A DNA stretch of 64,000 nucleotides from Antedon mediterranea (Eukaryota > Animalia > Echinodermata): the NCBI RefSeq assembly GCF_964355755.1, contig NC_092677.1, forward strand, positions 12,732,101-12,796,100. The letters run 5' to 3'. The position numbers and the translations under genes are program-made. How positions within the stretch are numbered: position 1 is the first letter of the stretch; the number at the start of each line of letters is the position of its first letter. The notes below the pieces were generated by a model. The model saw only the letters and a program-made list of their open reading frames with translations. It ran no database searches and was not told where the DNA came from. Of this stretch, positions 22,265-50,600 are shown piece after piece.

Positions 22265-23547
22265 TCGGTTTTAACAAGGTTTATATGATATTTATAATAT
22301 AATGATGAATTACGTAATACACGTATAAATAGACTATTATCAGCTGTTCAGTCATGTACTACTGGCGTAACGGGTAATGCTCAGATTTGAGTGCTCTCAG
22401 CTCTAGAGTAGATTGGGTTCAAACCTCTACGGATATTTTTGTTATGGAAAATAACGAATATTGTTTTTTATTTTATTTTGAAAGAGAGATATTTTGAGGG
22501 TGTAAATGTCAGACCTAAAGTGGACCTTTTTTTTGAAATTAGAAACAAAATTGCATGGCATTATTTTCCATCAAATAGACAGCCATAAAACCAAAAGAGG
22601 CCCAGGTGTTCCTTCATTTTTAGTACTCATGGGTGGGCTTCTTTTCCACATGGAATTCTTTTCGAGATTACTTTTTCAAACTAAAAGAGGGGGCTGCTAG
22701 GTTCCCGTCCGGAAAATGTTTTATTTACATAATTTGAACAATCTTCTTCTTCTTAATGTAAAGATTAACAACATCAAAATGTTAAACATTGCTCCCCTGG
22801 TGGCAAATTGGGTTCAATTGAGCACAGTGTATTAACATACAAAATATATGAAAATTCAAAGACTTATTTCTATTTCATATCACTGTGCTCCACTGGTGCC
22901 AAATTAGGTCTACTCGAGCACAATGTATTAACATATGGAAAAATATTAAAATGCAGTGACTTATTTTTATATTATATCCTTGTGCTCTACTAGCACCAAA
23001 TTGGGTTCACTTAAGCACAGTGTATTAACATAGAAAAAAATATTAAAATGCAGTATATATCACTGTGCTCCACCGGTGCCAAATTTGATCCACTGGACCA
23101 GTTACCGTAGTACTATTTCTATTTCTGAAGTAAATAAAGACATAAATGGCGCTCCATAGAGAAGTAGAGAATGCTCTACCGCCCTCTCTCCCCTGATAAG
23201 GTTGATCGACTGTTTTAACTATGTAAAACGTTTCCAAAAGCTAACATATTTTATTTATTAATTTTTAAAATACTCATCTAAAAATTCAGAAAATTAAAAA
23301 ATATTTTAAAGTAGATATTATTAGATAATACCAATAGTAATGTTTTATATTTGATGTATTTTAACATTTTTATTTGATTTCACTTGAATCACTTTTCATA
23401 CAATTTACTAGCGACTGGGCTATTTTTGTACAAAAAACATGAGTTTGCGAGATTGGTGGACCGTGGTGTGGAATTGGACTGGCTTTAATACACGTTCGTT
23501 TTACTTTTTGTATGTAAAATTAAGGTTGTTGTGAAAGTTTTAGGAAC

Positions 23548-25458
<1,911 letters not shown>

Positions 25459-26406
25459 AGAATTTATAATAATAATTATTAAGGTTATATGCATTATGCA
25501 TATAAACAATTACAACACAATATGTTATTTAACAAGTGTAGAGGACTTAATGTATAACAAAAAACAACCTAACTTTGTAAAGAAGCCCTCAACTCCACTC
25601 AATGTGATATTAGGGTCCTATGCCAATTTGTATATATAGTACTTAAATAAGTGCTATTGCAGTTAAATTAAGAAAAGTTGTATTTTGCATTCTTAGGCAC
25701 TATTTAAGTTGTCATTAGTGGATAGGGTACAATAACTAAATACAGTGCACTAACTTCTAAAGTAAAACTGTGAATAAAAAGATGAGAAACAGATAATTTA
25801 CAATCAATGTTGTTGAATGGAGTTAAATGGACCTGTATTAATTTAAATTTTCTGATTACTTAAATGCCTGTACTAATATAATTTTAATGATTACATCTGT
25901 ACTAATATAATTTGAATGATTACATAAAGCTGCGAGGCTTAGCAACAACAAAATAAACAACTTTGTACCCTATTTAGTTACATCCACTAAAAAATACACT
26001 GTATACTGGATTTTGTTGCATTTGAAATGTATTGAGAATAAAAACAAATTAAGCGAGCAACATTTTGATATCGGTGTTTAAATTATTTTTATTAATTTAT
26101 ATTTTTCTTGGAATAAAGTACTGTACCACCTACAGGATAGGGAATTTCCCTTTTGACGATCTAGCGCAGCGCCACCAAGTTACTTTGATTTTTTAAAAGG
26201 CTTATGCAAAAAGTAAACAAAGTCGCAAATGAATCCGTAAAAATTACAAAATAAAATTACACCAACATTGTGTATTGTAAATCGCTTTAATTGTTACTGT
26301 GAGTAATTTCAGATGCAGCAGTGCATCAACAATGATCTCCTTGTAACTTAATATAAAACTATTCTATGCTGGGCTAGCCCACATATTTAAAAGTTGTCGT
26401 TCACAA

Positions 26407-27994
26407 ATGTTGAGGTTTCCCCGGTGGAAATGTATTCTGAAGGCCAGTTTTATTTTGGTAGGACTCTGCCTAGCCTTTCTAGTTTACACTGGACGGCTAA
26501 CGCAATTTACACTGACATGTACGCACGAAAAATCAAGAGAAACTATAAAGAAATTGGTAAGATTACCATACAATTTGTTATTTCGGTTTATTGATTTTAG
26601 AACAGTGATTTAATTAGCTAATTATTGAAGTCAGCACAGTGACTGATTGAAAAAAAGTGCCACTCCTCTCTGAGTTTACTTACTCCATGGAGGTAGAGGT
26701 ATTGTGTACAGTATTTAAATTTTTAATAATGTTTACCACAATCATTTCCTATTTTTTCTACTAACAGAATGTCGTCATTTTAATTTGAATGATTTTTTTT
26801 TCAGTGTGATCTATACAAATCAAAAATTATAAATGGCAGTTTGTGCAATGAATTATGTTCAGGAAAAATTGAATACATCAATTGTCTTCACCAATCTCGA
26901 GGGAAAGTAGTATTCTTAGCCAAATGGAATAACCAGAAAATTATATTAAAAACAAAGTATGCCTCGATAGATTCGTATGCTGCTGTGTATACGGTGATGG
27001 AAAATCTTGAAGGCGTTTCCGATAAATTATACCCAGAAGATGCAATTTTTAAGTCGATGATTGAGAGCCAGGCTCAGGCGGTTCTTGGGACGGTGATAAA
27101 AGATGGAGAGGATGTAGTAAATAAGTTCTGGTTTGGGAATTGGCCTAAAGACCGTTTGAACATGAATTCATTTCACACGGCAATGAACAGTCTTTGGACG
27201 CTCATTCTACAAGATGAATACGTCTTTCTTAAATATCATAACACCCACCCTAATCTACCACAAGTGTATGGTTCATGCGGATACTTCTACGCTGTTGAGT
27301 ATACCCCACCAGGAATAGTGTTTGATCCAGGTTTATTAAATATTGAACAGCAGTTGCAGGCAGCGCCGTGGCCCGGTAGAGCTTATATCGCCCTCGGCCT
27401 TTTAAATCTAATAAAATCTTTTGATACATCTTTCTCGGAAAAGCTATACCATTGCGACATTAAGGAAGGAAACTTTGGGATGGATCCTGTGAGTAAACTT
27501 ATGAAAGAAGTTGTAATAAAAGCAATAGATGTTGATATGGTATTTTATGATAACAAAGTCGCTGAGATAATGGGCCAAGGTGATTGTGTTAAAGACTCGG
27601 ACTGTAATTTCATTCATTGCAGGGGGCGGTGCAATCAAGTCACTAAAATATGCAGGCCTGAAGTAATTAGTTCAAATTTACAGGTACAAATAGTAATAAT
27701 AATGTATTATTTGTTAATTTACAAATTAATTCGAATTGAGGCATCCTAAAAGGGTCTACTGTGTTTTTAGTAAAATTAATAAATATATACTTTCCATTTC
27801 TTAATCTACAGGTGTTTTGCGATAACGTATTTCTACCTCGGAATGGTAAACCTGGGCTGCTACGATTTCCACCATCAGTGATTTCTAAGGAGTTAGCAAA
27901 TGTGTTAGATGAGTGTTCAAACGTGGGAACATCAACTAAACAAGATGAAATTCACGAAAAGCTTAGAAAACTACTAGTTCAGAGCCTAAGGTAG
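26407..27994 (+). CDS. DIPK1: Divergent protein kinase domain 1 family (FAM69/DIPK1-like), type II membrane, Cys-rich
   Basis: Exons 26407-26556, 26805-27683 and 27812-27994 (1212 nt, 403 aa). N-terminal TM segment, then CDLYK..GSLCNELC, QDEY, GSCGYFYAVE, WPGRAYIA, HCDIKEGNFG, IDVD and C..DSDC...C...C...SNLQVFC. The A/B/C paralog cannot be assigned. Confidence 0.85.
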
Positions 27995-28503
27995 ACTAAC
28001 AAGGTTGCCTAGTAACCATAAACAACGTGAAAGGGGTTTTTTGATATCCAATGTGTTCTACTTTCTTAAAGGTACATTCACATGACATAATTTTTTTCAA
28101 TTTTTTTCCAACATTCCAAAAATTATGAGTAAGGAATCGCAAAAGTTTATTATGATGAAATAATATGCTGAAGTTGGTCTTTCAAAGATTAATTTACTAA
28201 TGAGTAGAAAACGAAATTTAGTAATAAGAATAAAACGAATATTTAATTAAAAAACATGGTCTTTCTTCATAAGCAATAATTTACAGTTTAGCTAAGCGAG
28301 TAACAGAGTATTAAGATATTATGATTCACTTGCTCTTTATTTTAATTTGTATTGTTTTAATAATAGTAGATTATATGAAATGTAAAGATTGTGATTATAA
28401 AGAGTTATATAATAATATTACATATTTAATTAGCTCTATATTGTTATAATGTTAAAAATTGTATACACATTACACAAAAAAACTGCATTCAGTACATATT
28501 ATA

Positions 28504-28813
28504 CAAATAATGAATGTTTATGAGTGCAATGGTACAAATAATGGCACGAGGTGAATGATGAAAGGTTATATCAACGAGGCAAAGCCGAGTTGATATAACC
28601 TTTCATCATTCACCAAGTGCCATTATTTGTACCATTACACGAATACAAAACATTCATTATTTGTTTTATATAACATCTAGACGTTTTTTTTTCGTACACA
28701 AAAATGTTTCAAAAAGTACTATTTAACGATCGTTGAATAGTGCGTACTATTGCACGCCATGTGACCCACATTCGTCCAATCAAATGACAGGAATTTATAT
28801 AGGTGTTATATAA
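28504..28813. mobile_element. Palindromic non-autonomous element (~75-bp-arm hairpin)
   Basis: 28504-28663 is a near-perfect inverted repeat centred on CGAGGCAAAGCCGAG, followed by a tail ending ccaatcaaatgacaggaatttatataggtgttatataa. Confidence 0.65.
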
Positions 28814-28914
28814 AGTACAATAATTCACAGTTAAGTAGTGTCGTAAAATGAAATGTAATTAGGTTAGAGACAATATTTTAAAGTTTTAAACTATTAAATG
28901 AACTTACAGTAGAT

Positions 28915-29042
28915 TGTTATTGGTGCTACATTTTTAAACAAATAATGTAAATTCAGTACAATTTTAATTATTATCATCCCAGTTATTGGTGCTACATTTT
29001 TAACCAAAATAATGTAAATTCAGTACAATTTTAACTATTATT
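28915..29042 (+). repeat. Two-copy direct tandem duplication (~67 bp)
   Basis: gttattggtgctacatttttaa..aataatgtaaattcagtacaattttaa.tattat occurs twice. Confidence 0.75.
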
Positions 29043-29758
29043 TTTGGATATTTGTAATGTTTTTAATTCATTGTATTTCAGTGCTATCCAGAAACTTTTC
29101 ATTTAAAGATTTTAGACTGTTGTTACTTTATTCAGAGGCGGATCCAGCATTATAGATTAGTGGGAGCTAAATATATCATAAATTATAAAAACGATCCGTC
29201 GGGTTGCAGAAAAGCCTGTTTAACCCCCACCTCGCCTGTTATTGAAGCCATTTACTTATTGAATACTGTTTTTTCAACAATTTCAATCAATGATGTTTAA
29301 ATAGTTGAAGTATGAATAGTGTATTTTATATTGAATAGAGTTAGTATTATATTGTTACAGTATATACTAAATGCTAAATACATGTTTAGTGTATTTATGG
29401 TGAACATTTTAATTGTTTTATTTACTTAAATGTTTATAAATATGTGATTAAATTATTGATGAAATCAAATGTATTGTTGATCTAGTTGTGTATTCCTAAA
29501 TAATTATGAATAAATAAAATACCAATGATCCTATGTATGTTGTATCTTATTGTGGTTAACTCTCACAAAATATGTACACACCCTTTTTCCCGGCAAAGTT
29601 TGAGTTTAGCAAAGTTTAGGAGAGTCTCCATTATACTACTCTAGTTAATTAAGCCTACATTATGGTACACCTACTCTTGCTACACATGGACAAAAGAAGT
29701 TAAATCATCTCAAAACTTGATGTCAATACACAAACCAGTTTATGCAAGACATGTCTTA

Positions 29759-29889
29759 AGCTCTGTCTACACTATCAAACTTTATGTGACAAAAAATGTG
29801 ATGTGCCCATATACGGACACGATGTTGTCATATCACTACCATATTTGGACACTTTTTTGTCAAACTAGTTTGATTGTGTAGACAGAGCT
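29759..29889. mobile_element. MITE family Y copy
   Basis: Near-perfect TIRs with a tta TSD on both sides. Confidence 0.85.
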
Positions 29890-32800
29890 TTACTTTACAG
29901 AGTATTACCACGTGCAGTAGTACAAAGAAAGGACTCCATCCCACTCTAGGCCATGTACAGTACAAGAAGGACATAACATAACAGGCCACCCAGCTTACAT
30001 TCATTGAATTATAGAAAAAACAGTATAAATAGAAGCCCTTACTTACATATATCCTTTACAGAAAACCTGACCCAGAGAGGTATAAAACTCCCTGCTGATC
30101 CTATCTTCTTAGACTAGTATGTAAGCACATGTTCAGGCAAAGATCTACCTAAATACATAAAGCTACCTCTGAGCTATAAAATGAACTGTAAACTCATTAT
30201 CATACCAAGCAAATAAAGGTAATTTACATAAAAATCTACACACAGCACCACAGGTGTTATTTGATACTTAACCATGTACACATCAAGCCATACTTAGTTA
30301 CAATGTACTAAAACTTATTTATTATATTACTTACCAGGCAACGTCTAATTTACATTAAAAAAATCTACACACAGTATTACAGGTGTACACAAGCTAAAAT
30401 GAACTCATTAGCATACTATGCATAAATCAAGGTAATTTACATATAATCTACATGTAAGTGCAGGTGCTAGTTTCTGCTTGATAAACAACTGATTAAATAC
30501 AACAAAACACTTTGAATTTATTGCACATCATTAGTTTTATTTCAAACACTCATTTTATCACAAAATAGTACTTTAGTAATCAAAATATTTATAAAAATTA
30601 ATTTGTTCATTTAAGATCATAACATTGATTGGAATGAGTTGTTACAGTAAATTGTATGCAATATCTACAACAATTAATTTAATATAATATAACACAATGA
30701 TGCATTGTGGGAAGGGATATTCTTACCCACAATGGTAGCAGCATGAAGGCAAACACACCACAAAAGCAGCAAATCAAACTTGACACTTAATAACCAAAAT
30801 TATAATATTACAAATAATACTTATTACATAGTAACCTAATAATAAACTTAATGATAACTGTACAGTGTAGATGGGCCATGATATGGACAAATCTATATAC
30901 AGTATAAGATATATCATCCCTCTGAAAAAAACAATTTTTCAAAATGTTTTTGTTGAATATGCCATTTTAATATCACATAATAGTAAATTCACTTTGACCA
31001 AAAATTAGATTAAAAAAAACTTATTAAAAAATGTAATTTTACACAAAAATAGTCAAATTTACTGGAAGTCAATGGGTTTTTGGTTGAATTTAACCATTTA
31101 TTAGTGAAAAAATCATTTGTATAAGGATTTTGTTTTTTCTATGGAAGTGATTAACTTTAAAAAAAATGTGAAATGGCCTATTCAAATTCCTTTTTTTTGT
31201 TTATTAATCTTCATTCTTCATGTTGTTTGGGGACAATACCATCTTTAACTACTGTCAACAAATAATATATACATAGAGTTTTTAACATCTCTTTCCCAAG
31301 TTTATGATAATCTAAATCAATCTATGCCCCTCTTATATTTCTACCCAACCGCTCCCCATAAAACATAAATGATCATAAAACTGAAAAATAATTATATAAT
31401 CTTATCACACTTTTCTGATAAGAACTAAACATTTCTTTTTCTTGTAAATTCAGTTCTTTTCTTTCTGATTTAAATCGTCCAAATAAATTCAACCTAACCT
31501 TTTTGGACTATCAGGTATGAGAGAAGGAGGTGGGGGTTGGGAGTGAAAGCAGCAACAGAGTACAAAACACGGTACATACAGTATATGAAATATCACCTAT
31601 ACTTTTTTTGCACCATATCAAATCCCAACATAATTTATTTGCAGCTAAACATTGCATCAAAACATGACAGATTGCAGAACAGAGGTACACAATATAATAC
31701 AGTACAACCATTTTCTATATATGTACAACTTTTTGATAACTTGTTGAATTTACAAACCAATCACTATTATGTCTAATAAAGCACCATATTCCCAGCACAA
31801 CTTTGGCAAACTGTCCATGCCTTTAATCATCATTCACAAAAAAGGCAAGATATAATTTTTATATTAATTAATCATCACATACTAAATTACCAGTCATTAT
31901 TACAAAGGCACTACTCTGAATCAGTAATTCTTATATACACATTCAACATTCTTAAACTAAACTGTTAACATGAGAGATATTTACATTATGGTGGATTGTT
32001 TCTACAATATTTGATTGTATTAAAAATAATTTATTAAAATTTTATAACATTCGTTATAAACATATTATTGTTTTTCAAAGTGGTTTTCTATACCATTTAT
32101 AAATCACCATAAAAAGACCTAATACAGTAATTGAAATAAAAATAATTAATAAATTAATATTTAATTAATATATAATATTATTGATAACAATTATTAATAA
32201 TTGATAACCTTAATATGCTATTAATTATTATTTTTATTAGTTGAATAAAGAACTATAATAATATAAATATAATAATAATTAATAATTTAATAAAAGTTTT
32301 ATTAAAAATGTTTTATTAAAATAATAATTTTTATAATTAATAATAATAAATGAATAAAAGCATTATAATATTACTATCATAACTATTTTTACAGAAATCA
32401 AGATATAAGTTTATTTTCCACGAATCTCCTGAGAATTATATCCTACTAATGTCTATACTAAAAGTTCCATATGAACATTAACAAGAAAATTTCACTTTCT
32501 TTCGCGTGACAATTACAACAACAGCAGTTGATTACAATTGCGTGAAAGTCAAATACAAGTAAAATTCTTTTGTTTCACATGTTACTAACTACGGAATGAA
32601 ATATTTATTTGATAGTACTATATGCTATGGAATCAATCAACAAGTAGGCGTTCTTTGGTTTAACTATAAAATATAATTAGGTACACATTTTATTTTTGAA
32701 TAAGTTCAGACCAGATTGAGTAAATTGCACACACTCTGTGTCAACGTATTACTATACAATATTATACATCAATTACAGATTCTCAATTCATTAATCATGA

Positions 32801-32996
32801 TAAAAAAAAAATCTATGAATATGCACTAAAGGAAAAATTCTTCAAACCGTATACTGTATACGCTTAGTAGAAAAGTACTCCAAATTCGAGGACGGCCTCA
32901 TACACAGAGTGTGTCATATATCCAAGGTTGGGTTTTACCCCAGGGTGGGCTTATACCCGAATCAGTACGTGACTTAAACACTAACAAATATAAATC

Positions 32997-46653
<13,657 letters not shown>

Positions 46654-47371
46654 TGTTGTCTGTTATTACAGGGAAACCCCAAATAACTCATAGGTCATTC
46701 CCAAGATCTTTGGACTTTTAATTTCTACCGCTAAAATTAAACTGTAACCTGAGAAGTACTAAGTGTTAAATGGTACGGTGGGCGTGCAGCCAGCAAGCAC
46801 GAAAAGTAAATAAGTTTGCACTTACTTGCACAATCACATGATCATAGAGGGCGCAATTCATTTTAACAATTTCTCCAAAGTTTTGAATAATTTCCATATT
46901 TACAAAAATTGACCACGTGTTCGAAAAGATAAATCTGGACGGTGACACAGAGACATATTAACCTGTTTATTTATTTTTTTGATTGAGAAGAACACAATAC
47001 AATAATGACCATCATGTTTACAATGAAAAAACAACTGACGACCCACGTAGGCCATGTGTAGGGCCTATTTTGTTTTCACTGTTTATAGCCCTGTTTAGCC
47101 TAACAATAGGCTATTGAGCCTAACTCGCCAGGCGGATGTCTGGTAATTTTCGTTTTGCGCTCTTGTAATACAACTGTTTGTTTTTGACTCAAGCTATATG
47201 ACATTATGATAATATAGACCTATCATATGGCTACTTAAATTTTTTTCTGAGTTTTTTAATTTATGGGCCTGTTATCTTATTTCTTCCACGAATGAAATTA
47301 AACGCACTGGTGGAAAAACTTAAACCTTGTATTCTACAAGTTTATTAAAGTATAATCGTTGAGATGATTAC

Positions 47372-47605
47372 GCAACAAGGCCAACAGCAATAAGTCGCGT
47401 GCTCTCAGAAAAAAAATGAACTTTCAAAAAGTAATGTAGGCCTACTTTAAAACTTTTCTGTACATCAAAACAGTTCAAAAAGTACAGAAAAGCGATAAAA
47501 CGCATAGTGATACCGGACCGACAGACAGACCGACAGACCGACAGACCGACAGACCGACAGACCGACATAGTGAACTACTATAGAGTCGCGTCCACGCGAC
47601 TAAAA
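47372..47605 (-). mobile_element. Non-autonomous Helentron/DINE-1-like element at the satellite edge
   Basis: Minus strand: 5' TTTAGTCGCGTGGACGCGACTCTA, (GTCGGTCT)n microsatellite, 3' subterminal CACGCGACT and ...GGCCTTGTT end. Confidence 0.75.
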
Positions 47606-50600
47606 ATATACTATAAAAATGTATTTCTTATTTTATTTAAAAAATCATGAGTCTCCTCTCCTTAATTGCAAACACAAAAAACGATCTGAGCATGTGCAAA
47701 TGTATATAAAAGCACTCAGATAATGTACAGAGGGCAGTATAATGATATAAGCAGTGAGTTAGGCAGATCATAAGTCAGCTCTCCTTAATTGCCTAAGTCA
47801 CACAGCTGACTTAGGCAGAAACACAAACAATATAGTGTATTGATATAAGCAGTGAGTTAGGCAGAAAAACAAAACAAAAATTATGACTTAGACACTTTTG
47901 TTATGAGGCTGTCGATATTATCTATATACAAAAAATTCTACCTTTAAGTAACAAAATTTAATAGCATCAGCTCTTCAGATTAAAATTAACACTGATGATT
48001 TTAGAAAAGGAAAGTAGGAATAATAGAGAAAGAATTTGCAACAAATGAGTTAAAAAATATACTATAAAAATGTATTTCTTATTTTATTTAAAAAATCATG
48101 AGTCTCCTCTCCTTAATTACCTAAGTCACACAGCTGACTTAGGCAGAAAAAAAAACCGATCTGAGCATGTGCAAATGTATATAAAAGCACTCAGATAATG
48201 TACAGAGGGCAGTATAAAGATATAAGCAGTGAGTTAGGAAGATCATAAGTCATTTCTCCTTAATTGCCTAAGTCACACAGCTGACTAAGGCAGAAACACA
48301 AAAAATATAGTATATTGATATAAGCAGTGAGTTAGGCAGAAAAACAAAACAAAAAATTATGCCTTAGACACTTTTGTTATGAGGCTGTCGATATCATCTA
48401 TATACAAAACAATGCTACCTTTAAATAGCATCAGCTCTTCAGATTAAAATTAACACTGATGGTTTTAGAAAAGGAAAGTAGCAATAAAAGAGAAAGAATT
48501 TGTAAAAAATGGGTTAAAAAATATACTATAAAAATGTATTTCTTATTTTATTTTAAAAATCATCAGTCTCCTCTCCTTAATTGACTAAGTCACACAGCTG
48601 ACTTAGGCAAAAACACAAAAAACGATCTGAGCATGTGCAAATGTATATAAAAGCACTCAGATATTATACAGAGGGCAGTATAATGATATAAGCAGTGAGT
48701 TAGGCAGATCATAAGTCAGCTCTCCTTAATTGCCTAAGTCACACAGCTGACTTAGGCAGAAACACAAGAAATATAGTATATTGATATAAGCAGTGAGTTA
48801 GGCAGAAAAACAAAAAACTAATTATGACTTAGACATTTTTGTTATGTGGCTGTCGAAATCATCTATATACAAAAAATGCTACCTTTAAGTAACAAAATTT
48901 AATAGCATTAGCTCTTCAGATTAAAATTAACACTGATGATTTCAGAAAAGGAAAGTAGCAATAAAAGAGAAAGAATTTTTAACAAATGGGTTAAAAAATA
49001 TACTATAAAATTTATGACTTAGACACTTTTGTTATGAGGCTGTCGATATCATCTATATACAAAAAATGCTACCTTTAAGTAACAAAATGTAATAGCATCA
49101 GCTCTTCAGATTAAAATTAACACTGATGATTTCAGAAAAGGAAAGTAGCAATAAAAAAGAAAGAATTTGTAACAAATTGGTAAAAAAATATGCTATAAAA
49201 ATGTATTTCTTATTTTATTTAAAAAATCATGAGTCTCCTCTCCTTAATTGCCTAAGTCACACAGCTGACTTAGGCAGAAACACCAAAAAAACGATCTGAG
49301 CATGTGCAAATGTATATAAAAGAACTCAGATAATGTACAGAGGGCAGTATAAAGATATAAGCGGTGAGTTAGGCAGATCATAAGTCAGCTCTCCTTAATT
49401 GCCTAAGTCACACAGCTGACTAATGGGCAGAAACACAAAAAATATAGTATATTAATATAAGCAGTGAGTTAGGCAGATCATAAGTCAGCTCTCCTTAATT
49501 GCCTAAGTCACACAGCTGACTTGGGCAGAAACACAACAAATATAGTATATTGATATAAGCAGTGAGTTAGGCAGAAAAACAAAACAAAAATTATGACTTA
49601 GACACTTTTGTTATGAGGCTGTCGATATCATCTATATACAAAAAATGCTACCTTTAAGTAATAAAATTTAATAGCATTAGCTCTTCAGATTAAAATTAAC
49701 ACTGATGATTTTAGAAAAGGAAAGTAGCAATAAAAGAGAAAGAATTTGTAAAAAATGGGTTAAAAAATATACTATAAAAATGTATTTCTTATTTTATTTA
49801 AAAAATCATGAGTCTCCTCTCCTTAATTGCCTAAGTCAAACAGCTGACTTGGGCAGAAACACAAAAAATATAGTATATTGATATAAGCAGTGAGTTAGGC
49901 AGATCATAAGTCAGCTCTCCTTAATTGCCTAAGTCAAACAGCTGACTTGGGCAGAAACACAAAAAATGTAGTATATTGATATAAGCAGTGAGTTAGGAAG
50001 AAAAACAAAACAAAAATTATGACTTAGACACTTTTGTTATGAGGCTGTCAATATCATCTATATACCAAAAATGCTACCTTTAAGTAACAAAATTTAATAG
50101 CATTAGCTCTTCAGATTAAAATTAACACTGATGATTTCAGAAAAGGAAAGTAGCAATAAAAGAGAGAGAATTTGTAACAAATGGGTTAAAAAAAATACTA
50201 TAAAAATGTATTTCTTATTTTATTTAAAAAATCATAAGTCTCCTCTCCTTAATTGCCTAAGTCACACAGCTGACTTGGGCAGAAACAAAAAAAAAACGAT
50301 CTGAGCATGTGCAAATGTATATAAAAGAACTCAGATAATGTACAGAGGGCAGTATAAAGATATAAGCGGTGAGTTAGGCAGATCATAAGTCAGCTCTCCT
50401 TAATTGCCTAAGTCACACAGCTGACTTAGGCAGAAACACAAAAAATGTAGTATATTGATATAAGCAGTGAGTTAGGCAGAAAAACAAAACACAAATTATG
50501 ACTTAAACACTTTTGTTATGAGGCTGTCGATATCATCTATATACAAAAAATGCTACCTGTAAGTAACAAAATTTAATAGCATCAGCTCTTCAGATAAAAA

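Larger units (their letters stand above)
15138..23176. mobile_element. ~8 kb foldback-type element with long TIRs and ~85-bp subterminal tandem repeats
   Basis: Left GAGTATTCTCTACTTCTCTACGGAGCGCCATTTATGCCTTTATTAACTTCAATAATAGAAATAGTACTACGGTAACT is the near-exact reverse complement of 23100-23176. The subterminal unit (cacagtgatataaaatagaaataaagtcac...gctcaagtggacccaatttgg) occurs forward at 15218-15300 and 15915-16190 and inverted at 21665-21910 and 22790-23100. No TSD or transposase seen. Confidence 0.8.

Noticed and set aside
32100-32380. Extremely AT-rich tract
   Set aside because: Low-complexity sequence within the probable long HNF4 3'UTR (candidate polyA signal near 30536-30541); no periodic structure seen.
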